NCBI GenBank assembly: GCA_035637675.1
Contig: DASPWU010000004.1
Coordinates: 1-61,851 of the forward strand
From: Candidatus Limnocylindria bacterium
GTDB lineage: Bacteria; Chloroflexota; Limnocylindria; Limnocylindrales; CSP1-4
DNA length: 61,851 nt
Reading direction: 5' to 3'
The notes under the pieces are model-generated. The model ran no database searches. It worked only from the letters and a program-made list of their open reading frames with translations, and was not told the DNA's origin. The translations under genes and the position numbers were made by a program. Below are positions 24,503 through 34,252 of this stretch, one piece after another; the first letter of the stretch is position 1, and each line of letters begins with the position of its first letter.

Positions 24503-25432
24503 TTGATGGCCACGGCCACGACGTTCCGAGCGAGCTTCGCCTGCCTGTGGTGCGGCACCGCCCACACGACGCGGGCGCCGGACGACCTGGAAGGCTGGGC
24601 CCAGCTCTGCCCGGCCTGCCTGGGCCGCGCCGGCGAGAATCCGTTCCTGCGGTTCCGACTCCACGCGGCCATGGCGGACCGGGCGGCTGCCGGGCGCCAC
24701 GGCGAGGAGGCCGGGACGGCCACGCCGGCGGCTCCTGTCGCCCCCGTCGCGGCGATGGAAACCGACGAGATGGTGGCCTATTACGAGGCCCGGGCGCCCG
24801 AATACGACGACTGGTACCTGCGTCGCGGCCGATACGCGCACGGACCCATCGACGACATGGCCTGGCAGGCGGACCTGGACGCCGCGACGACCTGGCTGGA
24901 CGGCCTGCCGCTCGGCGGTCGCATCGTCGAGCTCGCGGCAGGGACGGGCTGGTGGTCGCCGCTGCTGGCGACGAAGGGCGAGCTGTGGTGCTACGACGCC
25001 GCGTCGGCGCCGCTCGATCGTGCTCGTGAGCGACTCCTCGCCCATCGGCTCCGAGCCCATCTTCATGTGCGCGACGCCTGGGCCGACCCGGAGCTGGCGG
25101 CCGACGCGCTGTTCACGGGCTTCTGGCTCAGCCACGTGCCCCGGGCCCGGCTGGCCGATTTCCTGGGCCTGGCCGCCCGCTGGCTGCGATCCGGCGGGAC
25201 GTATGCGTTCATCGACTCGCGTTTCGATCGCCAGTCCTCGGCGGTCGACCATCGGCCTTCACGGGAGGAGGAAACGAGCCTGCGCCGGCTCAACGACGGC
25301 CGGACCTTCTCCATCCCCAAGATCTACTACGAACCCGGCGAGCTCGAGGCGGCGCTCCGCGCGGCCGGCTTTGCCACCGCGACGGTATCGACCACACCAC
25401 GTTTCTTCCTCCTGGGCGTGGCGAGCAGATGA
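24503..25432 (+). CDS. zinc-ribbon plus class I SAM-dependent methyltransferase
   Basis: N-terminal CLWCG...x...CPAC (4-Cys ribbon), a Pro/Ala linker, then the SAM motif I IVELAAGTGWWSPLLA and the post-I acidic YDAA. Confidence 0.7.
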   Translation: MMATATTFRASFACLWCGTAHTTRAPDDLEGWAQLCPACLGRAGENPFLRFRLHAAMADRAAAGRHGEEAGTATPAAPVAPVAAMETDEMVAYYEARAPEYDDWYLRRGRYAHGPIDDMAWQADLDAATTWLDGLPLGGRIVELAAGTGWWSPLLATKGELWCYDAASAPLDRARERLLAHRLRAHLHVRDAWADPELAADALFTGFWLSHVPRARLADFLGLAARWLRSGGTYAFIDSRFDRQSSAVDHRPSREEETSLRRLNDGRTFSIPKIYYEPGELEAALRAAGFATATVSTTPRFFLLGVASR

Positions 25433-25493
25433 TGGTCGCGCTCGCCGACCTGGCGCCCCGGCGGGAGGCATCTGCGCCGGTATACTCGCCGCC

Positions 25494-26351
25494 ATGTCTC
25501 CGCTCGCCCAGCGCAAGATCGCGACTGTAGGATCGGGCGTCATGGCAGAGGCCATGATCGCCGGCCTGCTCCGCGGCGAGCTGGTGGAGCCCGATCAGGT
25601 CGTCGCCAGCCATCCGCGGGCAGACCGTCGCGAGGAGCTCCAGCGCCTGTACCGCATCCGGACGACCGCCTCGAACACGGATGCGGTCGCCGGTGCGGAC
25701 GTCATCCTGCTCGCGATCAAACCGCAGATGCTCGCCCGAGTCGGCCGGGAGATCGCGCCGGCCCTGCGCCGCGGCCAGCTCGTACTGTCGATCATCGCGG
25801 GGGCCACGACGGCGGCGCTGACCGGGATCCTGGGCCACGACCAGGTCGTCCGGAGCATGCCCAACACGCCGGCTCGGCTGGGCCGCGGAATGACCGTCTG
25901 GTACGCCACGCCGGCCACGACTGACGATCAGCGCGGCCAGGCGAGCGCGCTGCTGCGCGCGCTCGGTCACGAGCTGGAGGTCGACGACGAGCGGTTCGTG
26001 GCGATGGCCACCGCGGTCAGTGGGACCGGGCCCACCTACGTATTCCTGGTCATGGAGGCGCTCATCGACGCGGCGGTCCATCTGGGGTTCCCGCGGCACA
26101 TCGCCCACGACCTGGTGGTCGAGACCCTGGAGGGCAGCACCCACTTCGCCAAGCAGAGCGGCGACCATCCGGCCGTCCTCCGGAACATGGTCACGTCGCC
26201 CGGGGGCACGTCGGCGGCGGCCCTCCACGAGCTCGAGTCCGGCCGCTTGCGCACCGTCCTGAGTGAGGCAGTCTGGGCGGCCTATCGGCGGACGGTCGAG
26301 CTCGGTGAACAGCTCGAGGCCACGATCGAGCGCGACGCCGCGTCTCGATGA
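25494..26351 (+). CDS. proC: pyrroline-5-carboxylate reductase
   Basis: 285 aa from ATG 25494. Blocks are IATVGSGVMAEAMIAG (NADP), AIKPQ, RSMPNTPA and the C-terminal VTSPGGTSAAALHELE. Confidence 0.9.
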   Translation: MSPLAQRKIATVGSGVMAEAMIAGLLRGELVEPDQVVASHPRADRREELQRLYRIRTTASNTDAVAGADVILLAIKPQMLARVGREIAPALRRGQLVLSIIAGATTAALTGILGHDQVVRSMPNTPARLGRGMTVWYATPATTDDQRGQASALLRALGHELEVDDERFVAMATAVSGTGPTYVFLVMEALIDAAVHLGFPRHIAHDLVVETLEGSTHFAKQSGDHPAVLRNMVTSPGGTSAAALHELESGRLRTVLSEAVWAAYRRTVELGEQLEATIERDAASR

Positions 26352-28330
26352 GGATCAGGCAACCAGCACAGGCGGAAGCGGGCGAAACGCGGGCGAAACC
26401 GTCGGGCGAGCCACTGACGGTCGAGCACATCGTCGCGGTCGAGGCCCCCCGTGAGTTCCGGCTCGAGCCTCGCGGCCGGGCCGTCGCGTTCACCCAGGAG
26501 GCCGCCGGGACCCGCCAGCTGTTCACGCTCAGCCTGCGGGGCGCCGTGCCGGTACAGGTAACGGCATCGGAGAAGCCGATATCCGACCCGCAATGGTCGC
26601 CCGACGGCCGCCGCCTGGCCTTCGTGCGCGACGGAACGATCCACATCGTGGAGGCGGACGGGGGCCGGCTCGCTACGGTCAGCGAGCACGCGGCCGGCAA
26701 CTCGATGCCGCGCTGGTCGCCGGACGGCCGGCGAATCGCCTTCCTCTCGCGCCGGCGCGGCTGGGGTCAGGTCTGGCTGGTCGACGCGCCGATTCCCCGC
26801 CGCGGCCGTCCCGCCGCGTCGCCGAAGCCTGCCGTAGCCCGCCCGGTCAGTCCGGCCGGCATCGATGCGGACGAGTTCGCCTGGTCACCGGACGGGGCGC
26901 ATCTGGCCGTCGCCGCTCAGCGCGGCCCAACCGTCCGCCACGCGTCGCGAATCTCGATCATCGACGTCGCGACCGGATCGGAGCGTCTCGTCGGCGACGG
27001 CTCGGATTGGGAGTGCGGCCCTCGCTGGCTGCCCGATGGCGGTCTCCTGTTCCTGTCCGACGCGGACGGGTGGTTCCAGGTGATGCGCGTGTCTGCCGAC
27101 GGTGGGCAGCGGACGGCCGTCACCGGGGGCGAGCGTGAGCACGGCGAGCCCGGCGGATCGACGGGTTCCGCGCCGGTTCCATCGCCCGACGGCGGCCGCT
27201 GCCTCCACATCCTCGTCCACGACGGGCTGGCCGACCTCATCGTCACGCCGCTGACCGTCGCGCCCGCCAAGCGCGGCCGCGGCCGGCCGCCCAAGCATCC
27301 CCGCCCGGCCACGGCAGAGGGCACGCCGATCCAGCCGTGGCCGGGCGTGTGGCGCCCGGTCGGCTGGCAGCCGGACTCCGCCTGGGTCGCGGCCGTCGGC
27401 GAGAGCGAAACCCGGCCCCAGGACCTGTGGCTCCTGCCGATCCCCGGCGTGGCTCCTGACGGATCCCGGCCGCGACAGGTGACGCAGTCCCTGCCAGCCG
27501 TTCTGCTGCCTGCAACGTCACGCTTCCCGAAGGCCGAACGAGTGGCGATCACCGCCCGCGACGGCATCCGCCTGGAGGCCAGCCTGTGGCGGCCGCCGGT
27601 CGCGACGGGCAAGCGCGGAGGATCGAAGGTTCCGGCGGTGATCTTTCCCCACGGCGGGCCGACCTGGCAGGCCTACCGGGCGTGGTTGCCGTTCAAGCAG
27701 CTGCTCGTGCGCGACGGCTTCGCGTTCCTCGACGTCGACTTCCGCGGCTCAACGGGCTACGGCCGTCGCTTCCGCGAGGCGAACATGGGCGAGTGGGGCC
27801 ACGCCGACGTGTTCGACCTGATCGATGCCGGCCGGTGGCTCCAGGAGCAACCGTGGTGCGACGGCCGGCTGGCGGTGTACGGCGGGTCGTACGGCGGCTA
27901 CATGGTCCTGTGCGCCCTCGTCGAGGAGCCGGCGATGTGGCGCGCCGGCGTGGACCTCTACGGGGATTCCGAGATCGCCGAGAGTTACCGCCACGGCGAT
28001 CGGGTCGGCAGGATCGACCTGGAGCGGCAGATGGGCATGCCGGATGACCCAGAGCGAGCGCCCATGTTCAGGCGGGGCTCGCCGCTCTATCGCGCCGAGC
28101 GGATCGAGGCGCCCCTCCTGATCCTCCACGGCCGCAAGGACAAGCGGGTCGTGCCCCTGATGACCGAGAAGATGGTCGAGGCCCTCGAGATCGAGGGCAA
28201 GCACCACGAGGTCCGTTGGTACGACGACGAGGGCCACGGCTGGCAGGCGCGCGAGAACCGCCGCGACGCATTCAACCGGATCAGAGACTTCCTCCGAAAG
28301 CACGTCCTGGAGGCGCCGGTCGACAGCTGA
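26348..28330 (+). CDS. S9 family serine peptidase (prolyl oligopeptidase / acylaminoacyl-peptidase) with N-terminal beta-propeller
   Basis: 660 aa. WSPDG repeats occur in the N-terminal half. The nucleophile is GGSYGGYM, with the catalytic Asp and His region (HGRKDKRV, DDEGHG). The ATG overlaps the proC stop (ATGA). Confidence 0.85.
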   Translation: MRIRQPAQAEAGETRAKPSGEPLTVEHIVAVEAPREFRLEPRGRAVAFTQEAAGTRQLFTLSLRGAVPVQVTASEKPISDPQWSPDGRRLAFVRDGTIHIVEADGGRLATVSEHAAGNSMPRWSPDGRRIAFLSRRRGWGQVWLVDAPIPRRGRPAASPKPAVARPVSPAGIDADEFAWSPDGAHLAVAAQRGPTVRHASRISIIDVATGSERLVGDGSDWECGPRWLPDGGLLFLSDADGWFQVMRVSADGGQRTAVTGGEREHGEPGGSTGSAPVPSPDGGRCLHILVHDGLADLIVTPLTVAPAKRGRGRPPKHPRPATAEGTPIQPWPGVWRPVGWQPDSAWVAAVGESETRPQDLWLLPIPGVAPDGSRPRQVTQSLPAVLLPATSRFPKAERVAITARDGIRLEASLWRPPVATGKRGGSKVPAVIFPHGGPTWQAYRAWLPFKQLLVRDGFAFLDVDFRGSTGYGRRFREANMGEWGHADVFDLIDAGRWLQEQPWCDGRLAVYGGSYGGYMVLCALVEEPAMWRAGVDLYGDSEIAESYRHGDRVGRIDLERQMGMPDDPERAPMFRRGSPLYRAERIEAPLLILHGRKDKRVVPLMTEKMVEALEIEGKHHEVRWYDDEGHGWQARENRRDAFNRIRDFLRKHVLEAPVDS

Positions 28331-28787
28331 CCGGCGGCGGCGTGTGCCGTGGAGACAGGACGGCGCGACCTCCACCGTCCTCCATATCACGGCCATGATT
28401 ATCCGGACGGAATCCCGGCCGCTGCGGCCTCCAGGTCGACCATTTGCGCGGATTGAGCGCTGGCGGCATGCGCACCGTGCGCATCATCCGGCCCCAGGAT
28501 GCGCCGAACGGGCGAGGCCAGGGCATCGTGCGCACGTCCCATGCAGTTCATAGCAATGCTCGTGATATTCGGGAGGTCATGGGCCGTTGCGCAGGCCGGC
28601 CACGCCGCGGTCGCCAGCGGCCGAGTCTTCAAGACCCCCTCTGACCGGGTTGGTCCGCCGGAGATGGCGCTGGTTCGACCGCCACTTAACCGGTGGTTCC
28701 CTCCTTTGCGGCGTTGATTCTCCGCCTGATGGGAGTTGGGAGTACGGTGCCGATATTGGGTTGGCATCTGGATCCAGATGGGTCGAC

Positions 28788-29177
28788 ATGTCGAGCAATC
28801 CACTGCGCGTCCTCGCGCCGCTACCTGTTGGACAATTCGTCTTGTTCGTCCTTTTCGCCCTCTCGTCGAGCGGTTGCGGGTTGGGATATCCGACATTCGT
28901 CCATCAGCGCCGATGCCGACGGCGACTCTCCATGCAGTGAGCCCTGCTGCCGATATTTGGGTTGAGTTGCGGCGACCACTTCAGCTTCCCGCCCCCCACC
29001 CCTGGCGCCACGTGTCGTGTGGCGAAGGCGCACAGTCCGACGGCCGCGCTCGGACCCGTCCTGGGCTCGGGGCCAACCTATCCGGCCGGCCTGGGATTGG
29101 CCGCGACGCTCGAGATCAACGGCGCCCCGGCGGTCGCGGGTTACCGCTACGTCAAAGTCCTGTGGGTCATCGACTGA
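28788..29177 (+). pseudogene. lipoprotein-like ORF interrupted by one in-frame TGA (possible pseudogene)
   Basis: ATG 28788 opens MSSNPLRVLAPLPVGQFVLFVLFALSSSGC (lipobox), which runs to a TGA at 28938-28940. The same frame continues for 79 codons to ...TLEINGAPAVAGYRYVKVLWVID and stops at 29175-29177. Codon third positions look less G/C-rich than in neighbouring genes. Confidence 0.3.
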
Positions 29178-29193
29178 CCCCTTTTTCCGGCCC

Positions 29194-29772
29194 TCAGGCC
29201 TTGGCCTGTGCGGCCCGGCGCCCTATTCGCCGGCTGCGCGGCAACCTGCCGGCCCGCCGCGACCCCGGACCTCCGCCCTGTGCGGCGCCAGGCTCGGCCG
29301 AGATCACGCTGATGGAGCCGTCCACCTCAAGCACGGCCAGGTGGACTTCGTTGACGTGCTCGACGCCATGCTCGCGGAGGGCGGCCAGGAGCTCCTCCAT
29401 GCTGATCTCCTCCTCGCGCATCGCCCTGGGGTCGGGAACGCCGTCGACGATGAGAATGCGGGGCTCGCCGATGAGTGCCCGCTCGAGGCGCTGCGACCGG
29501 CTCACCGCGATCTGGATGACCCGGGCGATGGCGATGATGACGATGGTCGACACGACGCCGCCGAGAACCGTCGTGTTGTCGCCGACCATGGCGTTCTGCA
29601 CCCCATTGGCGACCACCAGCAGGACCACCAGGTCCGGCGTCGTCAGCTGGCCGACCTCGCGCTTGCCGCCCACGCGCAGGGCGATCACGAGGAACAGGTA
29701 GATGACCGCCGAGCGCAGCGCCACGCCGATCAGCCCTGAGCCCAGGTCCGGCACGTTCGCGATGTCGGGCAC
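29194..29772 (-). CDS. DUF421 (YetF-like) membrane protein
   Basis: 192 aa. The N-terminal TM region contains GKREVGQLTTPDLVVLLVVAN, followed by a soluble C-terminal domain (ILIVDG...EELLAALREHG), matching my recollection of the YetF/DUF421 family. Confidence 0.7.
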   Translation of the reverse strand: MPDIANVPDLGSGLIGVALRSAVIYLFLVIALRVGGKREVGQLTTPDLVVLLVVANGVQNAMVGDNTTVLGGVVSTIVIIAIARVIQIAVSRSQRLERALIGEPRILIVDGVPDPRAMREEEISMEELLAALREHGVEHVNEVHLAVLEVDGSISVISAEPGAAQGGGPGSRRAGRLPRSRRIGRRAAQAKA

Positions 29773-29822
29773 GGCCGGAGTCTAGCCGCTGCCGGGCCCA
29801 CATCGCGCGGTACCATCCGCCG

Positions 29823-30800
29823 ATGACTGCCGCGCGCAGCCTGCGCCAGCTGCCCGATCGTGCGCTCCGGTCGACGTTCCTGACGCTGTCGCGACGCCGC
29901 GGGCTGGGCAGGCTGGCCACGCGTCTGCCGGTGACCAGGTCGCTGGTCGCCCGCTTCGTGGCAGGCGAGACGCTCGACGAGGCGCTCGACGCCCTCGATC
30001 GGCTCCGAGCCGCCGGCCTGCGGACCACCGTCGACGTGCTCGGCGAGTCGGTCGACACCGCGGCGGCCGCCCGATCCGCGGCGGGTGCGTACGTCGAGGT
30101 GCTGGATGGGCTTGCTGCCCGCGGCCTGGACGGGAACGTCAGCCTGAAGCTCACCCAGATGGGCCTCGACGTCGACCCCGCTCTGGCCCGCGAGAACGTG
30201 GGGCGGATCGTGACCCGAGCCGCCCACCACGGCTCGTTCGTCCGGATCGACATGGAGGACCATTCCAGGACCGACGCGACGCTGGATCTGTGGCGGGCCG
30301 TCCGGCCGCTCAACCGTGCGTCGGGCGACACGGGCGTGGTCATCCAGGCCGCCCTCCGGCGGAGCCCGGCCGATCTCGATTCGATCATCGCCGAGCAGGG
30401 CCGCGTCCGGCTGTGCAAGGGCGCCTACAACGAGCCGGCATCGGTGGCCTTCGTCGACCGGGCGGAGGTGGACCGCGCGTACGCCGGGCTCATGGAACGG
30501 CTTCTCCGCGACGGCACGTTCCCGGCCATCGCCACGCACGACGAACACCTCATCAGGAGGGCCATCCGGTTCGCCCGGGAGGCCGGCATTGTTCGCGACC
30601 GATTCGAGTTCCAGATGCTGTACGGCGTCCGCCGCGATCTCCAGGACCAGCTCCGCCGGGCGGGCTACGGCGTGCGCGTCTACGTCCCGTTCGGGACGGA
30701 GTGGTATCCGTACTTCATGCGCCGTCTCGCAGAGCGTCCGGCCAACGTCGCGTTCGTCCTGCGCAGCGTGCTGCGGGAGAAGCGCAGCCCCGGCGAATAG
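29823..30800 (+). CDS. proline dehydrogenase (monofunctional PRODH)
   Basis: 325 aa. Blocks are VSLKLTQMGL, VRIDMEDH, RLCKGAY.EP, ATHD, FQMLYGVR and VYVPFG.EWYPYFMRRLAERPAN. Confidence 0.9.
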   Translation: MTAARSLRQLPDRALRSTFLTLSRRRGLGRLATRLPVTRSLVARFVAGETLDEALDALDRLRAAGLRTTVDVLGESVDTAAAARSAAGAYVEVLDGLAARGLDGNVSLKLTQMGLDVDPALARENVGRIVTRAAHHGSFVRIDMEDHSRTDATLDLWRAVRPLNRASGDTGVVIQAALRRSPADLDSIIAEQGRVRLCKGAYNEPASVAFVDRAEVDRAYAGLMERLLRDGTFPAIATHDEHLIRRAIRFAREAGIVRDRFEFQMLYGVRRDLQDQLRRAGYGVRVYVPFGTEWYPYFMRRLAERPANVAFVLRSVLREKRSPGE

Positions 30801-30830
30801 CCGCGCCGGTCGGCCGAATGGCGGCGACGG

Positions 30831-31343
30831 TCAGCCGAGCGCGTCCCGAAGCTGTGCGGCGTGCTCCTCGAGATGGCCCACCACGAACCGCTCGGTCGCC
30901 TCTGCAAGTGGCATCTCGCCGCGCGTCGAGTGGATCCCGAGCCGACCGGCCTCAGCGGCGTTCAGCTCCGACAGCCGCCGCTCCAGGCGATCGATGGTCG
31001 AATCGATCCGGTCGAACAGCTCGCGCGCCGGCAACGTCCGATCGCGCTCGATCGTCGCGATGCGCAGCTCGTTGGTGACGACCCTGCCGAACGGCGCAGC
31101 CTCGACCGGCGAGGCGAGGATGCGCTCGAGCTCGCCCAGCCAGAACGGCAGCATCTCGGCGACGTGGGCAAGGACCTCCGGCGGGCCCCAGTGCGCCTCG
31201 GGCTCCGTGCCGAACCGCTCGGCCAGCGGCCAGGGCTCGCCTGCCATGACCGCCGGCCGCAGGTCACGGAGGGCGCGCCGGGTGCGCCGCAGCCGCTCGA
31301 GCTGATCGGCCAGGGGCTCGGCCTTGATGGCGGGTTGGTTCAT
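30831..31343 (-). CDS. DinB-family (DinB_2-like) protein
   Basis: 170 aa from ATG 31343. It is helical with conserved His positions (VLAHVAEM, VGHLEEHAAQL) typical of the DinB/YfiT metal-binding four-helix bundle. Confidence 0.6.
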   Translation of the reverse strand: MNQPAIKAEPLADQLERLRRTRRALRDLRPAVMAGEPWPLAERFGTEPEAHWGPPEVLAHVAEMLPFWLGELERILASPVEAAPFGRVVTNELRIATIERDRTLPARELFDRIDSTIDRLERRLSELNAAEAGRLGIHSTRGEMPLAEATERFVVGHLEEHAAQLRDALG

Positions 31344-31479
31344 GATCTGTCGATGCCTCACGGCTGCGCTTGACGCCTCGGACGGGCCTTTCATACTGGC
31401 CACAACCGACGGGCGCGACCAGTGTCGCACCGTCCACCCGCTCCCGCGCGCCGCGCGCCATGCACCGGAGGAAGCGTCG

Positions 31480-32658
31480 ATGACGCAGATCCTGCCACCC
31501 ACCAGCCAGGGTGCCGCCAACCAGTCCGGCGCCGTACTCAACAAGGACGCCTACGCCGAGGCCCAGGACTTTCTGCCCCTCAAAGGCATCGACCACGTCG
31601 AGTTCTGGGTCGGCAACGCTCGCCAGGCGTCGGCCTACTACCGCGCCCTGTGGGGCTTTACGCCGATCGCCTTTGCGGGTCTCGAGACGGGGATTCGCGA
31701 CCGGGCGAGCTATGTCATGCGCCGCAACGACATCACCTTCGTGTTCACGGCACCGTTGACGCCGGACGGCGAGATCGCCGACCACGTCCGGCGCCACGGA
31801 GACGGCGTCCGCGACATCGCCTTCGCCGTCGACGACGCGGGGTCGGCCTTCCACGAGACGACGTCGCGCGGGGCGGTGGCGGCTATGGAACCCACAGAGC
31901 TCGACGGAGGCGAGGACGGCGTGCTCAAGCGCTCGGCCGTCCGGACCTACGGCGATGTCCGCCACTCGTTCGTGGACCGGAGCGGCTACCACGGCGTGTT
32001 CGCCCCCGGCTACCGCAGGGTCAAGAAACCGGCCCGAGCAGCGGAGGGGCTGAGCCTCCTGGAAGTCGACCACTGCGTCGGCAACGTCGGGCTCGGCCAG
32101 ATGGACGAGTTCGTCGCGTTCTACCGCGACGTGTTCGGCTTCAGCCAGCTCATCCACTACGACGACAAGGTCATCCACACCGAGTACAGCGCCCTGATGT
32201 CGAAGGTCATGACCGACGGCAACGGGCGGATCAAGTTCCCGATCAACGAGCCGGCGACCGGCAAGAAGAAGAGCCAGATCCAGGAATTCCTCGATTGGTA
32301 CCTCGATCCGGGGACCCAGCACATCGCGCTCCGGACGGAGGACATCGTCGGGACGGTTCGTCGGCTGCGCGAGAGCGGGGTCGAATTCCTCGGGCTGCCG
32401 CACGAGTACTACGCGACGCTCGCCGATCGCGTGGGCGACGTCGGCGTCCCGATCGAGACGCTCGAGGAGCTGGGCATCGAGGCCGATCGCGACGAGGAGG
32501 GCTACCTGCTCCAGATCTTCACCCGGCCGGTGCAGGATCGGCCGACCTTCTTCTTCGAGATCATCGAGCGGCACGGCTCGCGCGGCTTCGGCGTCGGCAA
32601 CTTCAAGGCCCTGTTCGAAGCGATCGAGCGCGAGCAGGCGAAACGCGGCAACCTCTAG
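31480..32658 (+). CDS. hppD: 4-hydroxyphenylpyruvate dioxygenase
   Basis: 392 aa from ATG 31480, preceded by GGAGGAAG. Blocks are IDHVEFWVGNA, VDHCVGNV, SQIQEFL..Y.G.G.QHIAL, LLQIFT and FFEIIER.G..GFG.GNFKALFEAIE. Confidence 0.9.
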   Translation: MTQILPPTSQGAANQSGAVLNKDAYAEAQDFLPLKGIDHVEFWVGNARQASAYYRALWGFTPIAFAGLETGIRDRASYVMRRNDITFVFTAPLTPDGEIADHVRRHGDGVRDIAFAVDDAGSAFHETTSRGAVAAMEPTELDGGEDGVLKRSAVRTYGDVRHSFVDRSGYHGVFAPGYRRVKKPARAAEGLSLLEVDHCVGNVGLGQMDEFVAFYRDVFGFSQLIHYDDKVIHTEYSALMSKVMTDGNGRIKFPINEPATGKKKSQIQEFLDWYLDPGTQHIALRTEDIVGTVRRLRESGVEFLGLPHEYYATLADRVGDVGVPIETLEELGIEADRDEEGYLLQIFTRPVQDRPTFFFEIIERHGSRGFGVGNFKALFEAIEREQAKRGNL

Positions 32659-32677
32659 CCGGCCAACGTCGTCGCCC

Positions 32678-32986
32678 ATGGCATCCGTCGCGGACCTGGT
32701 CGAGGAGCCGGCCCTCCGGCAGCTGGTCGGTCCCGAGCCGTACGCCGAGGGCCTCGCGCTCGCTGATGCCGGATCCGTCCGATTCGTCGAGTTCGGGCCG
32801 GTTATGGTGGTGGCCGAGATTGCCGACGGGTCGCCGAAGCCCCGGGTCGAGCTCGTGTCGCGCAGCGGCGAGCTTGCCTGGCGGTGCGAGTGCGAGGAGG
32901 GCAGGACCGGCCTGGGCTGTCGTCACCTGGCGGCGGCGGGCATCGAGACCTGGCGGCAGTCACCCGCGCGCCGCGGGGAGAAATAG
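32678..32986 (+). CDS. SWIM zinc-finger domain protein
   Basis: 102 aa with WRCECEEGRTGLGCRHL, the CxC-x(n)-CxH SWIM signature. Confidence 0.55.
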   Translation: MASVADLVEEPALRQLVGPEPYAEGLALADAGSVRFVEFGPVMVVAEIADGSPKPRVELVSRSGELAWRCECEEGRTGLGCRHLAAAGIETWRQSPARRGEK

Positions 32987-33017
32987 GTCGGTCACCAACC
33001 AGCCGGAGGAACTGACA

Positions 33018-33446
33018 ATGACCCGCTACGCGCGGATCGCCTTCGCCGGGCTTGCCTGGCTGTTCGTCGCGGCCATCGTCATCCAGGTGTTCCTGATCGG
33101 GCTCGGCCTGTTCGGCGACGTTGCCTACCGCCAGACGCACATCGAGTTCGGCTACTCGATCGGCATCCTGGTGCTGCTTCTGCTGATCGCCGCCCTTGTC
33201 GCCCGGCCTGGACTCCGCACGCTTGGACTGGTGATCGGGCTGTTCGTGCTGTACATCGTCCAGACGCTGCTGCCGAGCGCCCGCCAGGCGTACCCGGCGA
33301 TCGCCGCGCTCCACCCGGTGAACGCCTTGCTGATCTTTGGCCTTTCCCTCTACGTCGCGCGGTCGGCCTTGGCCCTCGCCCGTCTGGGCGGCGAGCCGGG
33401 CGTGGGAGTTGCTCCCGCCGCCGCGCCCCGCGACACCGCCTCGTGA
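33018..33446 (+). CDS. hypothetical 4-TM membrane protein
   Basis: 142 aa from ATG 33018, preceded by GGAGGA. Four hydrophobic helices. No recognisable family. Confidence 0.5.
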   Translation: MTRYARIAFAGLAWLFVAAIVIQVFLIGLGLFGDVAYRQTHIEFGYSIGILVLLLLIAALVARPGLRTLGLVIGLFVLYIVQTLLPSARQAYPAIAALHPVNALLIFGLSLYVARSALALARLGGEPGVGVAPAAAPRDTAS

Positions 33447-33715
33447 TCGAGGCCGAGTGGCGGCTGCCATCCACTTGCCCGCAGCCCTAGCGCTGTCAGC
33501 GCTACTCCCAGGCGAACGCCGGCAACAACGAGCAGGCCGGGCACCCGGCGGACCGTCCTCGTGCTCGCCACGAGCGTGATCGACGCCGATGGGAGGTCGA
33601 AACTGCGCCCATCGCCGGCTTATGTCTTCGCCAGTGGCAGTCTCAACGCTGGAGGCGATGCGCCATGTATCAACGCCCTTCGAGCCGATTGGACATTCTC
33701 CGGGTGGTGAGGGCC

Positions 33716-34177
33716 CTACGCGTGCACACCTAAGACGCGAATGCCGACGCGAACGGCGACCACCCAGATGAGCGCCATGGGGAACGCCAGAAGGAACACC
33801 GGGAGTCCGAGGAACCCAAGTCCCAGGAACCCGAAGAGGATCGCGCCGGCCACGACCTCGCCAGGGCCACTGCCTCCAGCCAGCTGAGCCAGTGCGGCCA
33901 AAGCGAACGCACCGAGCACAACGGCCGATCGAGCGAAACCCACAGCGGAGGCGACGCCGGCACGCCATCCGGGACGGGCGGCATGGTCGGCGAGCAACCA
34001 GCCCAGGAGGGCGGCGAGCGGCGCCATCGCCATCGTGATGGAACGCTCGATCGAGGTCTCCGCTCTCATAATCAAGATGGGAAGCGCCACGAGACTGATC
34101 AAGACGCCGGCGCCGGAGCCAAGCAGTCGGACCCGGGAGAGTCGCCTGGGCCACAACGTGATACTCACGAGTATCAC
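33716..34177 (-). CDS. hypothetical polytopic membrane protein
   Basis: 153-aa ORF made almost entirely of hydrophobic helices (GVLISLVALPILI, LAALLGWLL, VVLGAFALAALAQL, ILFGFLGLGFLGLPVFLLAF). No family recognised. Confidence 0.4.
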   Translation of the reverse strand: MILVSITLWPRRLSRVRLLGSGAGVLISLVALPILIMRAETSIERSITMAMAPLAALLGWLLADHAARPGWRAGVASAVGFARSAVVLGAFALAALAQLAGGSGPGEVVAGAILFGFLGLGFLGLPVFLLAFPMALIWVVAVRVGIRVLGVHA

Positions 34178-34252
34178 AATACATCGAGCCGTGACATGTC
34201 AATGCGCGCTTCTCATCAAGTGAAGGGACCGATTGGTCCGGTCTAGACTCGG

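Noticed and set aside
28340-28790. A known riboswitch or housekeeping RNA (TPP, cobalamin, ZTP, SRP, RNase P, tmRNA, 6S) in the unassigned region after the S9 peptidase gene.
   Set aside because: I could not match any of the conserved core sequences of these RNAs by eye on either strand. The region is left as unassigned rather than called.
28938-28940. The in-frame TGA in the lipoprotein ORF as selenocysteine.
   Set aside because: There is no redox-type sequence context (no CxxU/UxxC-like motif). I could not see a convincing SECIS-like hairpin immediately downstream, and there are no sel genes in the window. A nonsense mutation or sequencing error is more parsimonious.
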